Source: Octopus sinensis
Lineage: Eukaryota
NCBI RefSeq assembly: GCF_006345805.1
Contig: NC_043000.1
Location: 138,570,001 to 138,634,000 of the forward strand
Length of the DNA stretch: 64,000 bases
Direction: 5' to 3'
Shown here: positions 1 to 12,729 of the stretch, piece after piece
How positions within the stretch are numbered: position 1 is the stretch's first letter
Layout of the letters: every line of letters begins with the position of its first letter
Translations under genes and position numbers: made by a program
The notes under the pieces: generated by a model
Told to the model about the DNA's origin: nothing
What the model saw: the letters and a program-made list of their open reading frames with translations, nothing else
Database searches by the model: none

Positions 1-440
1 AGAATGTCCATAGTTCTGAATGAATAAAAAAATATGTAGGCATGAGAAGATTCTGGTAATAATTTACTGGAATTTTGGGATTTTGATGGAAGTGTGATTT
101 TGCAAGCGCAGAAGAAACCTATAACAAATTGTGGGAATATAAATGCATAAATGCAAGCGTATGAAAACTATGAAAAGAAATTGCAGTGCAAGTTGCAAAT
201 ACAAAGTGAAAGAGGAAAGAAACTCGACTAGCCAAATATTGTAGTCATTGACAAGAATAGAAAAATATGTATAGTAATTGACATTGCATTCCTATTTGAC
301 TCCAGAGTAAAAAGAATGGTAAAATGTAGAGCATTATGTGAATTTCAAGTATGAAATTTCTTAGTGCTCATGATCAGAATAGTAATAACAATAATCATTG
401 TATGTACATGAGGCACACAAAAGGTCGTAAAAATGACAGA
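1..440 (+). mobile_element. Decayed R4/Dong-type (restriction-like endonuclease) non-LTR retrotransposon, C-terminal remnant
   Basis: Manual translation around 230-310 gives *PNIVVIDKNRKICIVIDIAFLFDSRVK, matching the RPD(I/L)VV..K....IID motif of RLE domains; upstream RHEKILVIIYW resembles the RH...(Y/H)W motif; stops and frameshifts present. Confidence 0.6.
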
Positions 441-467
441 ATTGTTAGAGTATTGGTTAAAATATTC

Positions 468-680
468 TTTTCTACTCTAGGTACAAGGCCCCAAATTTTG
501 GGCGAGGGGGCCAGTCAATTAGATTGACCCCAGTATGCAACTGGTAGTTAATTTATCGACCCTGAGAGGATGAAAGGCAAAGTCGACCTCAGTGGAATTT
601 AAACTCAGAATGTAAAGATGGACGAAATACCGCAAAGCATTTTGCCTGGCGTGCTAACGTTTCTGCCAGCTCACCACATT
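468..680 (-). mobile_element. SINE family B (Deu/Nin-like domain)
   Basis: Reverse complement contains GCCTTTCATCCT..GGGTCGATAAATTAA.TACCAG; same family as the TSD-flanked copy at 33990-34222. Confidence 0.8.
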
Positions 681-914
681 AATGGTTAAAATATTTGCTC
701 TAAAAGTGTGGCATTTGTTTTTTATTTGGTATGTGTTATGTTTTTATTCTTTTGATATTAATATGAAAGACCTTCATGGGGAGGGCTGCATACTTGTTAA
801 GTATTTTTTGGATTACTTGTAAAGTTGTAATCTCTACTCTATATTTTATACAGTTATTTACACATACAGAGGTGTCTATTTGGAACAATATATGAAGAGC
901 TTACTTTCAAAACT

Positions 915-1078
915 AGGCATAGGAGTGGCTGTATGGTAAGTAGCTTCCTTACAAACCACATGGTTCTGGATTCAGCCCCACTATGTGGCACCTTGGGCGA
1001 GTGTCTTCTACTATAGCCTCAGGCTGACCAAAGCCTTGTGAGTGGATTTGGTAGACGGAAACTGAAAGAAGCCTGTCG

Positions 1079-1114
<36 letters not shown>

Positions 1115-1328
1115 CATATATAAATATGTGTGTGTATATGTTTGTATGTCTGTGTTTGTCCCCCCCCCCCCAACATCGCTTGGGAACAGATACTGGTGTG
1201 TTTACGTCCCCATAAGTTAGCGGTTCAGCAAAAGAGACAATAGAATAAGTCCTGGGGTTGATTTGCTCGACTAAAAGGTGGTGCTCCAGCATGGCCATAG
1301 TCAAATGCCTGAAACAAGTAAAAGAGTA
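915..1328 (+). mobile_element. tRNA-derived SINE family A
   Basis: A-box TGGCTGTATGG, B-box-like GATTCAGCCC, CORE-like ACCTTGGGCGAGT, internal (TA)n/(TG)n, AGTAAAAG tail; over 20 copies in the window. Confidence 0.9.
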
Positions 1329-1611
1329 TATGCATCTGAATGACTTTGAGGAAATTCAGTATCTAAATACATCTGGTTTTCATTGGAAGACTAAGATTCA
1401 TTTACTGTCTATATGGCATCTATCCCAATTTGACTGAAAAAACTTTCACGTGCATGAAGCCAGCAACTTGCAAATTGTGTTTTAATGGTTGTCATGAAAT
1501 AGACTGAATATGCACTTATACCGGTTTTGAAAGCAAGCTCCTTAATTATATGTGGAATATGTCCATTTTTTTAATGGGTTCTGTACAACAACAAATGACT
1601 GCTATTTAACT

Positions 1612-1915
1612 GTGGAGGCTCATGGCCAAGTGGTTAGAGCAGCGGACTCGCGGTTGAGGTATCTCAGGTTCAAATTTCAGACTGAGTGATGTGTGTATTT
1701 ATGAGCAAAACACCTAAGCTCCACGCGGCTCCGGCAGAAGGTAACAGCAAACTTCTGCTGACTCTTTCGCCACAACTTTCTCTCACTCTTTCCTCCTGCA
1801 TCTTGTAGCTCACCTGCAACAGACCGGGGTCCTATCCAGGAGGGTAACCTACACACCAAGGAAACTGGAAAACTGGCCCTTATGAGCCAGGCATGGCTCG
1901 AGAAGGAACAAACAA
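1612..1915 (+). mobile_element. tRNA(Arg)-like SINE, head C + tail T1
   Basis: TGGCCAAGTGGTTAGAGCAGCGGACTCGCG...GGTTCAAAT head; homologous to 46135-46437 (-). Confidence 0.8.
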
Positions 1916-2479
1916 TTTAACTGTGCTGTTCCCAACAACCTATAGGTTGTGTTTCAATTCTTGAAAGAAGGGCACTGACTATCATTTCAGTATTTTGGTT
2001 ATCTATAAATTTCTCTCTCATTTATATTCCTACCTATTACTAATCTCCTCAGTTTCTTGTTATCTTCATCGAAGCTACTATGGTAAGCCTGTTTAAAAAC
2101 TGACCATCTTCACTTTTGCAGCTCAGTATATGAACTTCTTAACTTTTAAGAATTCAAGTTCCACTGCTGTTGCTTCAATAAATGCCAGTGGGCAGGAAAA
2201 CTAGGAGTGGCTTTAACTTGAAATAATGAAATACGCATTTCTATATTTATAATGCGTGCATATATTTATTTAATCAACACAAACCAGGTATTTCCTGTTA
2301 TTTTTGCTCTTTCTGTTTTGTAAGGTTGAATCTTGTCAAAATATTTTATTTTCTTGATCAAGGAGGGTAAAAAAAGATCAAAGTCAGTTGACACAGGGGG
2401 ATAAAACCAAATTCTGGGGGAATATTAAATTTGGTGCTCTACCATTTCCTGCATTGCACAGCACTCCATACAAATCATC

Positions 2480-3050
2480 TTCTTTTCATCCTACATCCAC
2501 TCTACCGCTTTTGAAACCATTCTCCTCCCTATTAAACTAGTCGAGTTCTTCCAACTCCAATCTCTTATTCATTTCCTTCCACCTTCACATCACTCCACTT
2601 CACTTTATTCCATTCTATTCAAATCCACTTCCTCTTCTCTCCACTCATTTCTCTTCCCTTGCACTCCCCTTTGTTCCTCCACTCCCTTAAACTCCTCTTC
2701 CCTGCAATCCCCTCTGTTCCTCCACTCCCTTAAACTCCTCTTCCCGGCACTCCCCTCTGTTCCACTCCCTTAAAATCCTCAGCCATTTACTTCCCTACCT
2801 CTCCCTCCACTCTGTTTTAATCAATCCTAATCCATTCCCTTCTACTCAACCTTAATCCATACCCCCCCCCTTATCCACATCACTCCATTTTTCCCCCCCT
2901 ATTTCATTCCCTTTTGCACTTTCAACTCCACTTAGTTTCCCTCTATATCACTCTCTTCCGCTGTCCACTCCACTATTTTCCCTTCCATTCCATTCCACAT
3001 ACATCCCTTCCTCTCCATCCTTCAAAAACTCTCCTCCTCGCCTCACTCTG
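2480..3050. repeat. Polypyrimidine tract containing a 43-bp minisatellite (about 2.8 copies, 2661-2780)
   Basis: Unit GCACTCCCCTTTGTTCCTCCACTCCCTTAAACTCCTCTTCCCT repeated in tandem. Confidence 0.85.
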
Positions 3051-4180
3051 CTGCCATTGTCATATGATTAATAATAATTACAGTTTTTGTGCAATATGGC
3101 TGCTAAAATAAATAACTGAGTTAAACTATCAATTAAATAAATAAGAGGAGGGGAAAAAGGTTTGTATGAAAAATATTTAGTTGTTAAAGCAAGTCATTTA
3201 TTGTTCACTAGGAAAGTTTGCACTTGATTAAAAATTTGAAAAATAATAATAGATAAATGAATGAATACATAAAATAAAATATATATAAAAATTAAAAATA
3301 AAAAGAAAACAAGAAATATTTCCCATTTTCTCAATATTTCCATTTGAAAAAGGCTTAAATAGTGATTTAAAACTGGAGATTAAATATTCATTCAAACATA
3401 AACCATTAAGTAACATGAAGAAGGCAGAATTTTATCAAACCTTTCAGCTTACACTCCGCCCTGATATTTCTGTCAGTTTTTCTCACTTTATCTGTTTATC
3501 TATTTCTCTCTCTCTCTCTCTCAATTTATTATGATTAATCATTTATAAAAATGTTCTTCTTCGCCCCATCATTGTTGTCTCTTTTATTACACAGCGAAGA
3601 AAGTTTTGCAATGTAGCTGAGATGTCATGTTATGTTATGTTATTATATTTCACTTCCATATACTTCTTACTGCGGCAGAGAAACACACCGAAGATTGATT
3701 CACATGCAAGTTCATTACATTAAAAATTACATCATTTCTTAAATGAGCAATAAATGAACATCTGCATTATATAACTAAGAAAGTGTTTCATTCATTATTA
3801 AATGAAGAGGCAAATCTCAAATGAATCCTTTATATACGCAATTTATCTATATGTATGTATGTATGCATGTATGTATATACATGTGTGTATATGTACATAA
3901 ATGCCTGTTTGATTCTATTTTCCTACAACAATCTTGATGTATGCTTTGTTTTTTTACATATTTTGAAGTTTTAATATTTATACAGGAAAACAACAATGGA
4001 AGTGATTTGACAGAAAAGATAGAAAGCTCTGTTTAGTGCTTTGTAAGGTTTACTTTCAGTTTCATTGCAGTTTGTGCGCACAAACATTGACAGGGTCATT
4101 TTGCCTTTTGTTGCTTTATCGGCGTTGTCATCATCGTATATAGAGATCGTCTTCCAGTTCCTCCTCATCCGCAAACAACA

Positions 4181-4790
4181 TCGTCATTACCACCACCACC
4201 ACTGCTACCACCACAACTGGTAACACCACCACTGCTGCCACCACCACCACCACCACCACCACCACCACCACAACTGGTAACATCACCACCGCTGCTGCCA
4301 CCGCCACAACCACCACAACCACCACCACCACCACCACCACCACCACCACCACAACCACCACCACCACCACCGCCACCACCACCCCAACCACCACCCCAAC
4401 CACCACCACTACCACCACCACCACCACCACCACCACCACCACAACCACCACAACCACCACCACCACCACCGCCACCACTACAACCATCACCACCGCTGCC
4501 ACTACTGCCACCACAACTGCTACTACCGCCACCACAACTGCTACCACCACCACCACCACCACCACAACTGGTAACATCACCACCGCTGCTGCCACCACCA
4601 CCACCGCCGCCACCACCACCACCACTACCACCATCCCCAAACCACCACCACCACAACCATCAACACTGCTGCCACCACTGCCACCACAACTGCTACCACC
4701 ACCACCACCGCTGCCACCGCCATCATCACCACCACCACCACCATTGTCATTATCATCGTTATTGTTGCCCCCCCCCACCTGCATCATTGT
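4181..4790. repeat. Degenerate (ACC)n trinucleotide array with higher-order units
   Basis: Recurrent ACCACAACTGGTAACA(T/C)CACC unit at about 4210, 4266 and 4561; source of the Val- and Gly-rich ORFs. Confidence 0.9.
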
Positions 4791-5194
4791 TGTTTTTATG
4801 TCTCCCCTTTTTCCATGGTGGCATGGATTGAATGAGATTTAATGAGGCAATATTTATTCTATGGCCAAGTGCCATTCCTGCTGCCAAACCTTACCTTGTG
4901 AATTTATTCCTTTTTTTTATGCGAGGCACTCTTTATTCCACTGGACTTCACACAATGAACGTATCTCATTTTGGCATGTATTGTTTATAGGGGACACAAC
5001 CAAACATTACTGCTGATTAGTGTTAAATCAGTGTGAAGTCAACAGAAAACAAATACTTTCACACACACACACACACACAAATTATCACCATTTTCTCGTG
5101 TCCATTTTTAGTGTTGACATGGATTGAAAAGTTTGACGGGACCTGATGAATCTGACAACATCATGCTACACTGTCTACTTTGACATAGTTCCTT

Positions 5195-5650
5195 ATTTCT
5201 TTACTGCCCACAAGGGGCTACATACACACAGAGGGGACAAACAAGGACAGACAAATGGATTAAGTTGATTATATCGAACCCCAATGCGTAACTGACACTT
5301 ATTTAACCGACCCCCGAAAGGATGAAAGGCAAAGTTGACCTCGGCGGAATTTGAACTCAGAACGTAGTGGCAGACAAAATTCCGTGAAGCACTTCACCCA
5401 GAGCGCTAACATTTCTTATCTTTTTATTGCCCACAAGGGGTTAAGCATAGAGGGGACAAACAAGGACAGACAAATGGATTAAGTCAATTATACCAACCCC
5501 AGTGCGTAACTGGTACTTATTTAATCGACCCCGAAAGGATGAAAGGCAAAGTCGACCTCGACGGAATTTCAACTCAGAACGTAGCGGCAGATGAAATACT
5601 GCTAAGCATTTCACCCGGCGTGCTAGCATTTCTGCCAGCTCGCTGCCTTT
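5195..5650 (-). mobile_element. Two tandem SINE family B copies
   Basis: Two successive GCCCACAAGGGG...GGATGAAAGGCAAAGT..ACCTCG units (5195-5410, 5415-5650). Confidence 0.9.
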
Positions 5651-6451
5651 GACATAGTTTCTATGACTACATGCCCTTCCTAATGTCAAATACTTTACTG
5701 TGTGCATTGAGTACTTAATTCATGACACCATGGCTAATGAGGTTGCCTGACAATTTAAGACTAAGATCTCCTTGCAGTAGATAAGGAAGGATGAAAGAAA
5801 GAAAGATGACATGAGGTTAGGTGGGATGCAAGACTATGAGGTGAGGCATGGGGAGAGCGAGAGGTTATGGCAGTAAAGAAGGAGAAATAATTTGGTGGCA
5901 CAGAAAGGTGTTTAATGTAAAATGTGGGTGGAATGGGACAGTGTTAAGAATGAAAGTTGGATATCAGGTGAAATGATTCCGGATATTCAGGAGGATAAGT
6001 GGTTTCACGGGAAAATGGTAAGGTATGCAATACTGCTCACATCTAATTACAGCAGTAGAGCAGGTGATCCAGGCATAGAAACCAATCTAAAAATTTAATG
6101 ACTAGGATGTGGTATTCCTCCTCAGAGATTAGCAACACTCCAGAATTGCAGAGAAAACTGATGCAAAATAATAATGATGATACACTCAAACAAAAATATG
6201 CATAAATACAAACGCACATTTGTATTTCTGCACATTTTCCATCTACGAAATTTCATTCATGTGGTATTGGATCTGCTCAAAGTTATAGTAGAAGACAATT
6301 GCTCTGGGTGTCACACAGCAGAATCAAACCCAGAATTACATGTACAGAAAATATAATCATAGAGTCATATCTGTGCTTAATTCTTACATAAAAATAAAAA
6401 ACCTTTTAAATGCTGTTTTGATATATCATGGTTGATAACATCAAAGACTAA

Positions 6452-7097
6452 TTCTTTTATTCTTTTATTTGGTTCAGTCATTTGACTGTGGCCATGTTGG
6501 AGCACCTCCTTCAGTTGAACAAACTGACCCCAGGACTTATTGTTTGTAAGCTTAGTACTTATTCTATCAGTCTGTTTTGCTGAGCTGCTAAGGTAACATA
6601 AACATACCAACATCGGTTGTCAAGCGATGGTAGGGGGGACAAGCACACATACACAAATATATACAAACACACACACACACACCACACATATATATATACA
6701 TGTATACATTTATACATATAAATATATATATATATATATAATTATTATCATTTGAGGGAATAAAATCCAAACTTACAAGGAAAAAGAATTTAATTTAGAA
6801 ATACCAAATCAAATTCCACACAATATAATATATAGAGAATATTAGAAAAAAAACACCTTTTATCAATTCAAAATGAATAATTAAATTACACCATCTAGAA
6901 AATTACATATAATAGAAAAGTTAAAATTAAAATAACAATTAAAAAGTAAAGATTAAGTAAATTACAAGAATAATGTAATGTATATAATAGGTATATAATA
7001 TATATATACATGACAGGCTTGTTTCAGTTTCTGTCTACCAAATCCACTCACAGGGCTTTGGTGAGCAAGCTACTTACCACACAGCCACTCCTGCACC
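6452..7097 (-). mobile_element. SINE A interrupted in its microsatellite by an AT-rich repeat (6730-6990)
   Basis: SINE 3' half at 6452-6650 and partly deleted 5' half at 7010-7097; the insert is homologous to 11412-11650. Confidence 0.8.
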
Positions 7098-8070
7098 AAT
7101 AAATAATTATTTTTGAATGTGTATAAAGCAATACCAATGAAAGGAACTTAGTTGTTCTTTGTACAACAAAAAATAAATAAATATTCTTTGTGTAGATTGT
7201 TTGAAGAGAGGATTCTTGTCTATGACCCCAAAACCTAGATTATGAAGCCGGTAAAAACACAAAACCTGAAACTGAGGATCTAACAAAACAAATGATGGAC
7301 AGAGATTCCTGTAAATGCCTTTTAATTGTGGCTGCTTGAAAAAAAAAGGTATTAAAAACTCAACACATGCTCTTATGCTTTCTCTCTTTCTCTCTTGCTC
7401 TCTCTCTCTCTCTTCTCTTTTTCTCTCTAAATATCTGCCTCTCCTTTTCTGTCTTCTTGTCTCTCATTCTGTCATTTTCTGTCTCTTGCACTCACATACA
7501 TACTCTATCATGGAATGAGTTACTATGGAGACAGCTTACAAACTGATACCTACTCAGTTCATTACCCTCTCAGTTCATTACCTGCTATGCAAGCAATTTA
7601 GCAAGTTGCTGGCAACGTCTGTAATACATGCAAGCAACATGTTTAATCCTCTATAAATCATGCCAGTATTCTGAATATAAAATTTACAAAAATTCAAATG
7701 TGTATATTTTCTTTTATAATGTTGTAGGCTTTTGGAAGATTTCTGTAGTTGTAAATCCATGGTTCAAAATAGCTTTTGCACACACTCTACTCTATCTCAG
7801 CATGCTGTGAATATAATGGTTTTGACATGAGAAAATATTAGCATTTTGGCAACTGAGAGTTATTAGAAAAGCATAAAGGATAAATAAATGAAATCCTAGA
7901 GTGCAAAAATATTAACAAACTTTAAAATAGCTTATCAATTGTTTTCTACTTTCACAAAATTGGTTTAGCAAATAACAATCATAATAATGGTTTCAAATTT
8001 TGGTGCAAGAACAGCAACTTTGGATGAAGATATATGTTGGTTAAATCGACCCCAGTGCTCAACTGGTACT

Positions 8071-8793
8071 TGTGCAAGAGAGACGTTTGTGCTGGTATGG
8101 TCATGTAGCGAGAATGGATGAAGATAGTTGTGTGAAAAAGTACCACAACCTAGCAGTTGAGGGAACCTGTGGAAGAGGTAGACCCAGGAAAACCTGGGAC
8201 GAGGTGGTGAAGCACGACCTTCGAACTTTAGGTCTCACCGAGGAAGTGACCAGAGACTGAGACCTTTGGAAGTATGCTGTGCATGGGAAGACCCGTCAGG
8301 ACAAGTGAGACCATAACCCATGGCCTCTACCTGGGATGTAGCCAGTTCACTTATGCATACCTTTCCTTCTCGTGTCACAAACCCTACTTGTGAAGACCTG
8401 TTGAGGCAAGTGAAAATCAAAATCAAAATCGAAATCGATCAACATCAATGGAAATTGTAGCTGTGATACCAGTGCCAGTGACACGTAAGATAACCATCCG
8501 AACGTGGCCATTGCCAGCACCGCCCCGACTGGCCTCCGTGCTGGTGGCACGTAAAAAGCACCATCCGATTGTGTTCGTTGCAAACCTCGTCTGGCACCTG
8601 TGCAGGTGGCACGTAAAAATCACCCACTACACTCATGGAGTGGTTGGCGTTAGGAAGGGCATCCAGCTGTAGAAACACTGCCAGATCAGACTGGGCTTGG
8701 CGCAGCCTTCTGGCTTCCCAGACCCCAGTTGAACCGTCCAACCCATGCTAGCATGGAAAACGGACGTTAAACGATGATGATAATGATGATGAT
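8071..8793 (+). mobile_element. 5'-truncated RTE-clade LINE (ORF2 C-terminus, 3'UTR, (GAT)n tail) inserted into a SINE B
   Basis: ORF ..QERRLCWYGHVARMDED..RGRPRKTW.. typical of the RTE C-terminus; SINE B halves flank it (7990-8070, 8794-8915). Confidence 0.9.
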
Positions 8794-9520
8794 CCTGAAA
8801 GAATGAAAGGTAAAGATGACCATGGTAGCATTTGAACTCATAATATAAATTCAGAAGAAATGCTGTTGAATATTTTGTCTAGTATGGTGACAATTTTACC
8901 TGCTCATCACCTTAAATAATGTTAACAACAATAAAAATAGTCTTAATAACACTGTTTATCACCATTGCCACTGCTGTTGTCTTAATCAGCATCATCATAA
9001 TCATCATCATTACTGTTGTCAGCGTTTCCATTGTTGTCATCATGAATGTTGTTGTTATGGTGATTGTCAACAATGGTAGTTGTGGTCATAAGGGACATCA
9101 TGATCTTCAAGGTTGTGATTATCAACATTGTCACCTCAGTCACCGCTGCTGTCATCACCATCATTGTCATCGTCATCATCATCATCATCAGCAGCAGCAG
9201 CAGTAGCAGCAGGAACCGCAATGTTTCAACTTCATTATTTGTCTTGCTAGCATTAATTTTACATGTTTGCTACAAAAAAATATTGTTATTTCTGATGTTT
9301 TTCTTTAAATTCTCATCTTTGCAGCTCAGCATCTTGACATCTATCAATGTTTCTGATCACTTATTCATAAGTTGAGCTTCTATATATTCCGAGTAGTTGT
9401 AAGTTACTAGAAATAGCAGACAAATTCCATTCCAATCACAGCATATCATTGTGAATAGTGAAGGGTTCATTGAACATTGTAATCCTAGATGTACAAAAAA
9501 AAAAAAAAAAGAAAATATGA

Positions 9521-9830
9521 TGCGCAGGAGTGGCTGTGTGGTAAGTAGCTTGCTTAATAACCATATGGTCCCGGGTTCAGTCCCACTGCGTGGCACCTGG
9601 GCAAGTGTCTTCTACTATAGGCTGGGCCGACCAAAGCCTTGTGAGTGGATTTGGTAGATGGAAACTGAAAGAAGCCTGTCTTACATATGTATATATATAT
9701 GATATATATGTATGTGTGTATATATATTTGTGTGTCTGTGCTTGTCCCCCAACATCGCTTGACAACCGATGCTGGTGTGTTTATGTCCCCGTAACTTAGC
9801 AGTTCTGCAAAAAGACTGATAGATGTATAC
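9521..9830 (+). mobile_element. SINE A, 3' truncated
   Basis: GCGCAGGAGTGGCTGTGTGGTAAG head and body. Confidence 0.9.
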
Positions 9831-10346
9831 AAGTGAAGTGGAACCAAAGATGGAACAGAGAGAGAGATTGGGATTGTGGAAGTATAGCGGGAGAAATGCA
9901 ATGGGTGGATACAGATAGAAGTAAAGGGTGTTGGGAGGATCTGTAGAGGGGAAGAGATTGAACAGGGCATGTTGTTTGCTGGTGAGTTCATGAGGCAGCA
10001 AAGGGAGACAGGGCGATAGAGGGCGATAGAGGGTGATAGAGGGGAAGGAAATACAGTAAGTGAGGAACTCTGGTGGGAGGATGGGGGAGGTATTTGGAAA
10101 CTGGGTTGTATGGAGAGAATTTTGATAGGGACAGACTGAATGCAGGGGCAGGGTCACAAATAATCTGCCTTCACAGCCTTGATTTTACTTAGCTATGTAA
10201 ATCTTCTACAACAGAACAAATCAACAATCACCTCAATTGTTTGTCATCACTTCTGTGAGACTCAACAGCTAGAGATAATTTTTCACCACTTTATCCCATA
10301 TCTTCTTCAGTCTTCCTCTTCCAAATTTAGAGATTAAGGATAAACA

Positions 10347-10700
10347 TTGCCCTTTTCAAACCTAACCAGGCTCATGGGCCCGGTTTCCCAGTTTCTGTGG
10401 TGTATGTGTTCCCCCCATTTGGATTCGATGCCAGTTCATTGCAGAAATAAATGCACCCTTTTAAAGCCTAGCCAGGCTCATGGGCCTGGTTTCCCGGTTT
10501 CAGTGGCATATGTGTTCCCCAGCTGGACAGGACGCCAGTCCATTGCAGTGTTACTCATTTTTGCCATTTGAGTGGACTGGAGCAACGTGAAATGAAGTGT
10601 TTTTCTCAAGAGCACAACATGTTGCTCGGTCCAGGAATCGAAACCACAATCTTATGATCATGATGCTGACATCCTAACCACTAAGCCATGTACCTTCACA
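10347..10700 (-). mobile_element. tRNA-derived SINE, head D + tail T2 with tandemly duplicated tail
   Basis: Reverse strand TGGCTTAGTGGTTAGG...GTTTCGATTCC; V/Meta-like CTGCAATGGACTGGCGTCCTGTCCAG; 10347-10445 duplicates 10455-10548. Confidence 0.8.
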
Positions 10701-11163
10701 AATTTAGAGATTAACACTTCTTTATAATACTGTCCCCATCTATTTTTTTCTCTTGCACAATGCATCCGATGCCTCTTAAACACAATTTTTCTCAACACAT
10801 TTACACTTTGTCATATATGCACACTTACATTACGCATTCACTGGAGCATCATCATCGTCATCTTCATGCTGTTTCCATTTCTTCCTCTCAATCATAGTCC
10901 ATGTTTAACTACTACGTAGCATAGTGATTTGTATACAAGCATCGTACAATCTGTCTATATGTGCAAATAAGTATTTTTTTTTCAAAAGTAACATCAGATG
11001 CAAGTGAAATTGCTTCACAAAACCACAGCCAACAAGAACACATACAGATTCATGAATATTCATATATATGCAGATTAACATCTATATATTCATATTTATA
11101 TGTAGATTTCCTACCAAAGACAATACATAAAGATGCACATAAAAGAACACATACAAGCACACA

Positions 11164-11197
<34 letters not shown>

Positions 11198-11411
11198 ATC
11201 ATATCTTTGTATCAATGTGCATATCTGTATATGTATCTGTACTTAGTTCTTTATGTATGTATGCTCTCTCTGCATATGTATATACTTACTCTCTCTCTCT
11301 CTCTCACACTCGCTGCCCCTCTTTCTCTGTCTCTATATATAAGATACATACATGCACACACACATGTATATATATATATATATATATATAGATATATATA
11401 TAATATTATAA

Positions 11412-11813
11412 TATGAGGGAATATTATCCAAACTGACAGGGAAAAATTCAATTTAGAAATACTAAATCAAATTTCTCCAAAATATAATATATATATATAT
11501 ATATATATAAATTAGAAAAAAAAAACATCTTTTATCAATTCAATAGTGAAAAATTAAATTATACCATCTAGAAAATTACATATTATAGAAAGATTAAATA
11601 TAATATAAAATGTATAACGATGATTAATTAATGTGCTAAATAATAAATAAAATGTATATATATATACGTTTTATTTATTATTTTGCACATTACTTAATCA
11701 TCGTTATATGTTTTATATTATATTATATTTAACCTTTCTATAATATGTCATTTTCTAGATGGTGTAATTTAATTTTTCATTATTGAAATGATAAAAGGTG
11801 GATTTTTTTCTAA
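11412..11813. repeat. AT-rich interspersed repeat forming a ~300-bp palindrome (11512-11813)
   Basis: Arms 11512-11655 and 11666-11813 are reverse complements around a (TA)n centre. Confidence 0.9.
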
Positions 11814-12022
11814 ACACAGAGGGGACGGACAAACAAGGACAGACAAATGGATTAAGTCGATTACATCAACCCCAGTGCGTAACTGGTACTTAATTCATCG
11901 ACCCTGAAAGGATGAAAGGCAAAGTCGACCTCGTCGGAATTTGAACCCAGAATGTAACGGCAGGCGAAAGATGGCTACGCATTTCGCCCAGCATGCTAAT
12001 GTTTCTGCCAGCTCGCTACCTT
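11813..12022 (-). mobile_element. SINE family B
   Basis: Same body as 5415-5650. Confidence 0.9.
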
Positions 12023-12024
12023 AG

Positions 12025-12119
12025 AAAAATATGGAATGCTTCATGAATTTGTGTGTCATCCTTGTGCAGGGGCCATGCTAATCTTCTTTGTATCATTCCA
12101 ATTTTAGCATATGTACTGC
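12025..12119 (-). pseudogene. U6: U6 snRNA pseudogene (lacks the first ~12 nt)
   Basis: Reverse complement GCAGTACATATGCTAAAATTGGAATGATACAAAGAAGATTAGCATGGCCCCTGCACAAGGATGACACACAAATTCATGAAGCATTCCATATTTTT aligns to U6; the ACAGAGA box is mutated to ACAAAGA. Confidence 0.95.
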
Positions 12120-12146
12120 ATGCATATATATGTATTTGTGTGTATA

Positions 12147-12692
12147 TACACTCACAGAGTGGTTGGCGTTAGGAAGGGCATCCAGCTGTAGAAACACTGC
12201 CAGATCAGACTGGGCCTGGTGCAGCCTTCTGGCTTCCCAGACCCCAGTTGAACCATCCAACCCATGCCAGCATGGAAAGCGGACATTAAACGATGATGAT
12301 GATGATGATGATGATATATATATATTTGAGCATTGGGCCCCACAGAGACAATGCAGCTGAGTTCCGTTTGAGCACTGGGCCCTCAGGAGACAATGACCGA
12401 GACCTTTGACATTAAGTTTATTTTTGAGAAGAAGACCCATCAAGCCGAGCATAATCACAGTCGTGACAGATGCCGGTGTCGCACAAATGGCAACCATGCC
12501 AGTGGCATGTAAAAGCACCCATTATACTCTCAGAGTGGTTGGTATTAGGAAGGGCAACCAGCCATAGAAAACCATACCAAATCAGAAATCAGACTGGAGT
12601 CTGGTGCAGTCCCCACCACCCTCGTGTACCAGGCCAGGTCAAATCGTCCAACCCATGCCAGTATGGACAACAGACGTTAAATGATGATGATG
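12147..12692 (+). mobile_element. Two consecutive RTE-type 3' ends with (GAT)n tails
   Basis: AGTGGTTGG..TTAGGAAGGGCA..CAGC motif and CCAACCCATGCCAG...GATGAT tail twice. Confidence 0.8.
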
Positions 12693-12729
12693 ATACATAT
12701 ACATACATATACATATATACACATATTTT

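Noticed and set aside
4131-4787. 218-aa Val-rich and 163-aa Gly-rich ORFs on -
   Set aside because: Translations of the (GGT)n array, open simply because the repeat lacks stop codons
8919-9375. Hydrophobic or His/Gln-rich ORFs resembling a membrane or secreted protein
   Set aside because: Degenerate (CAT/GTT/CAG)n microsatellite
12025-12119. Functional U6 gene
   Set aside because: 5' end missing, ACAGAGA box mutated, upstream occupied by microsatellite and an RTE fragment
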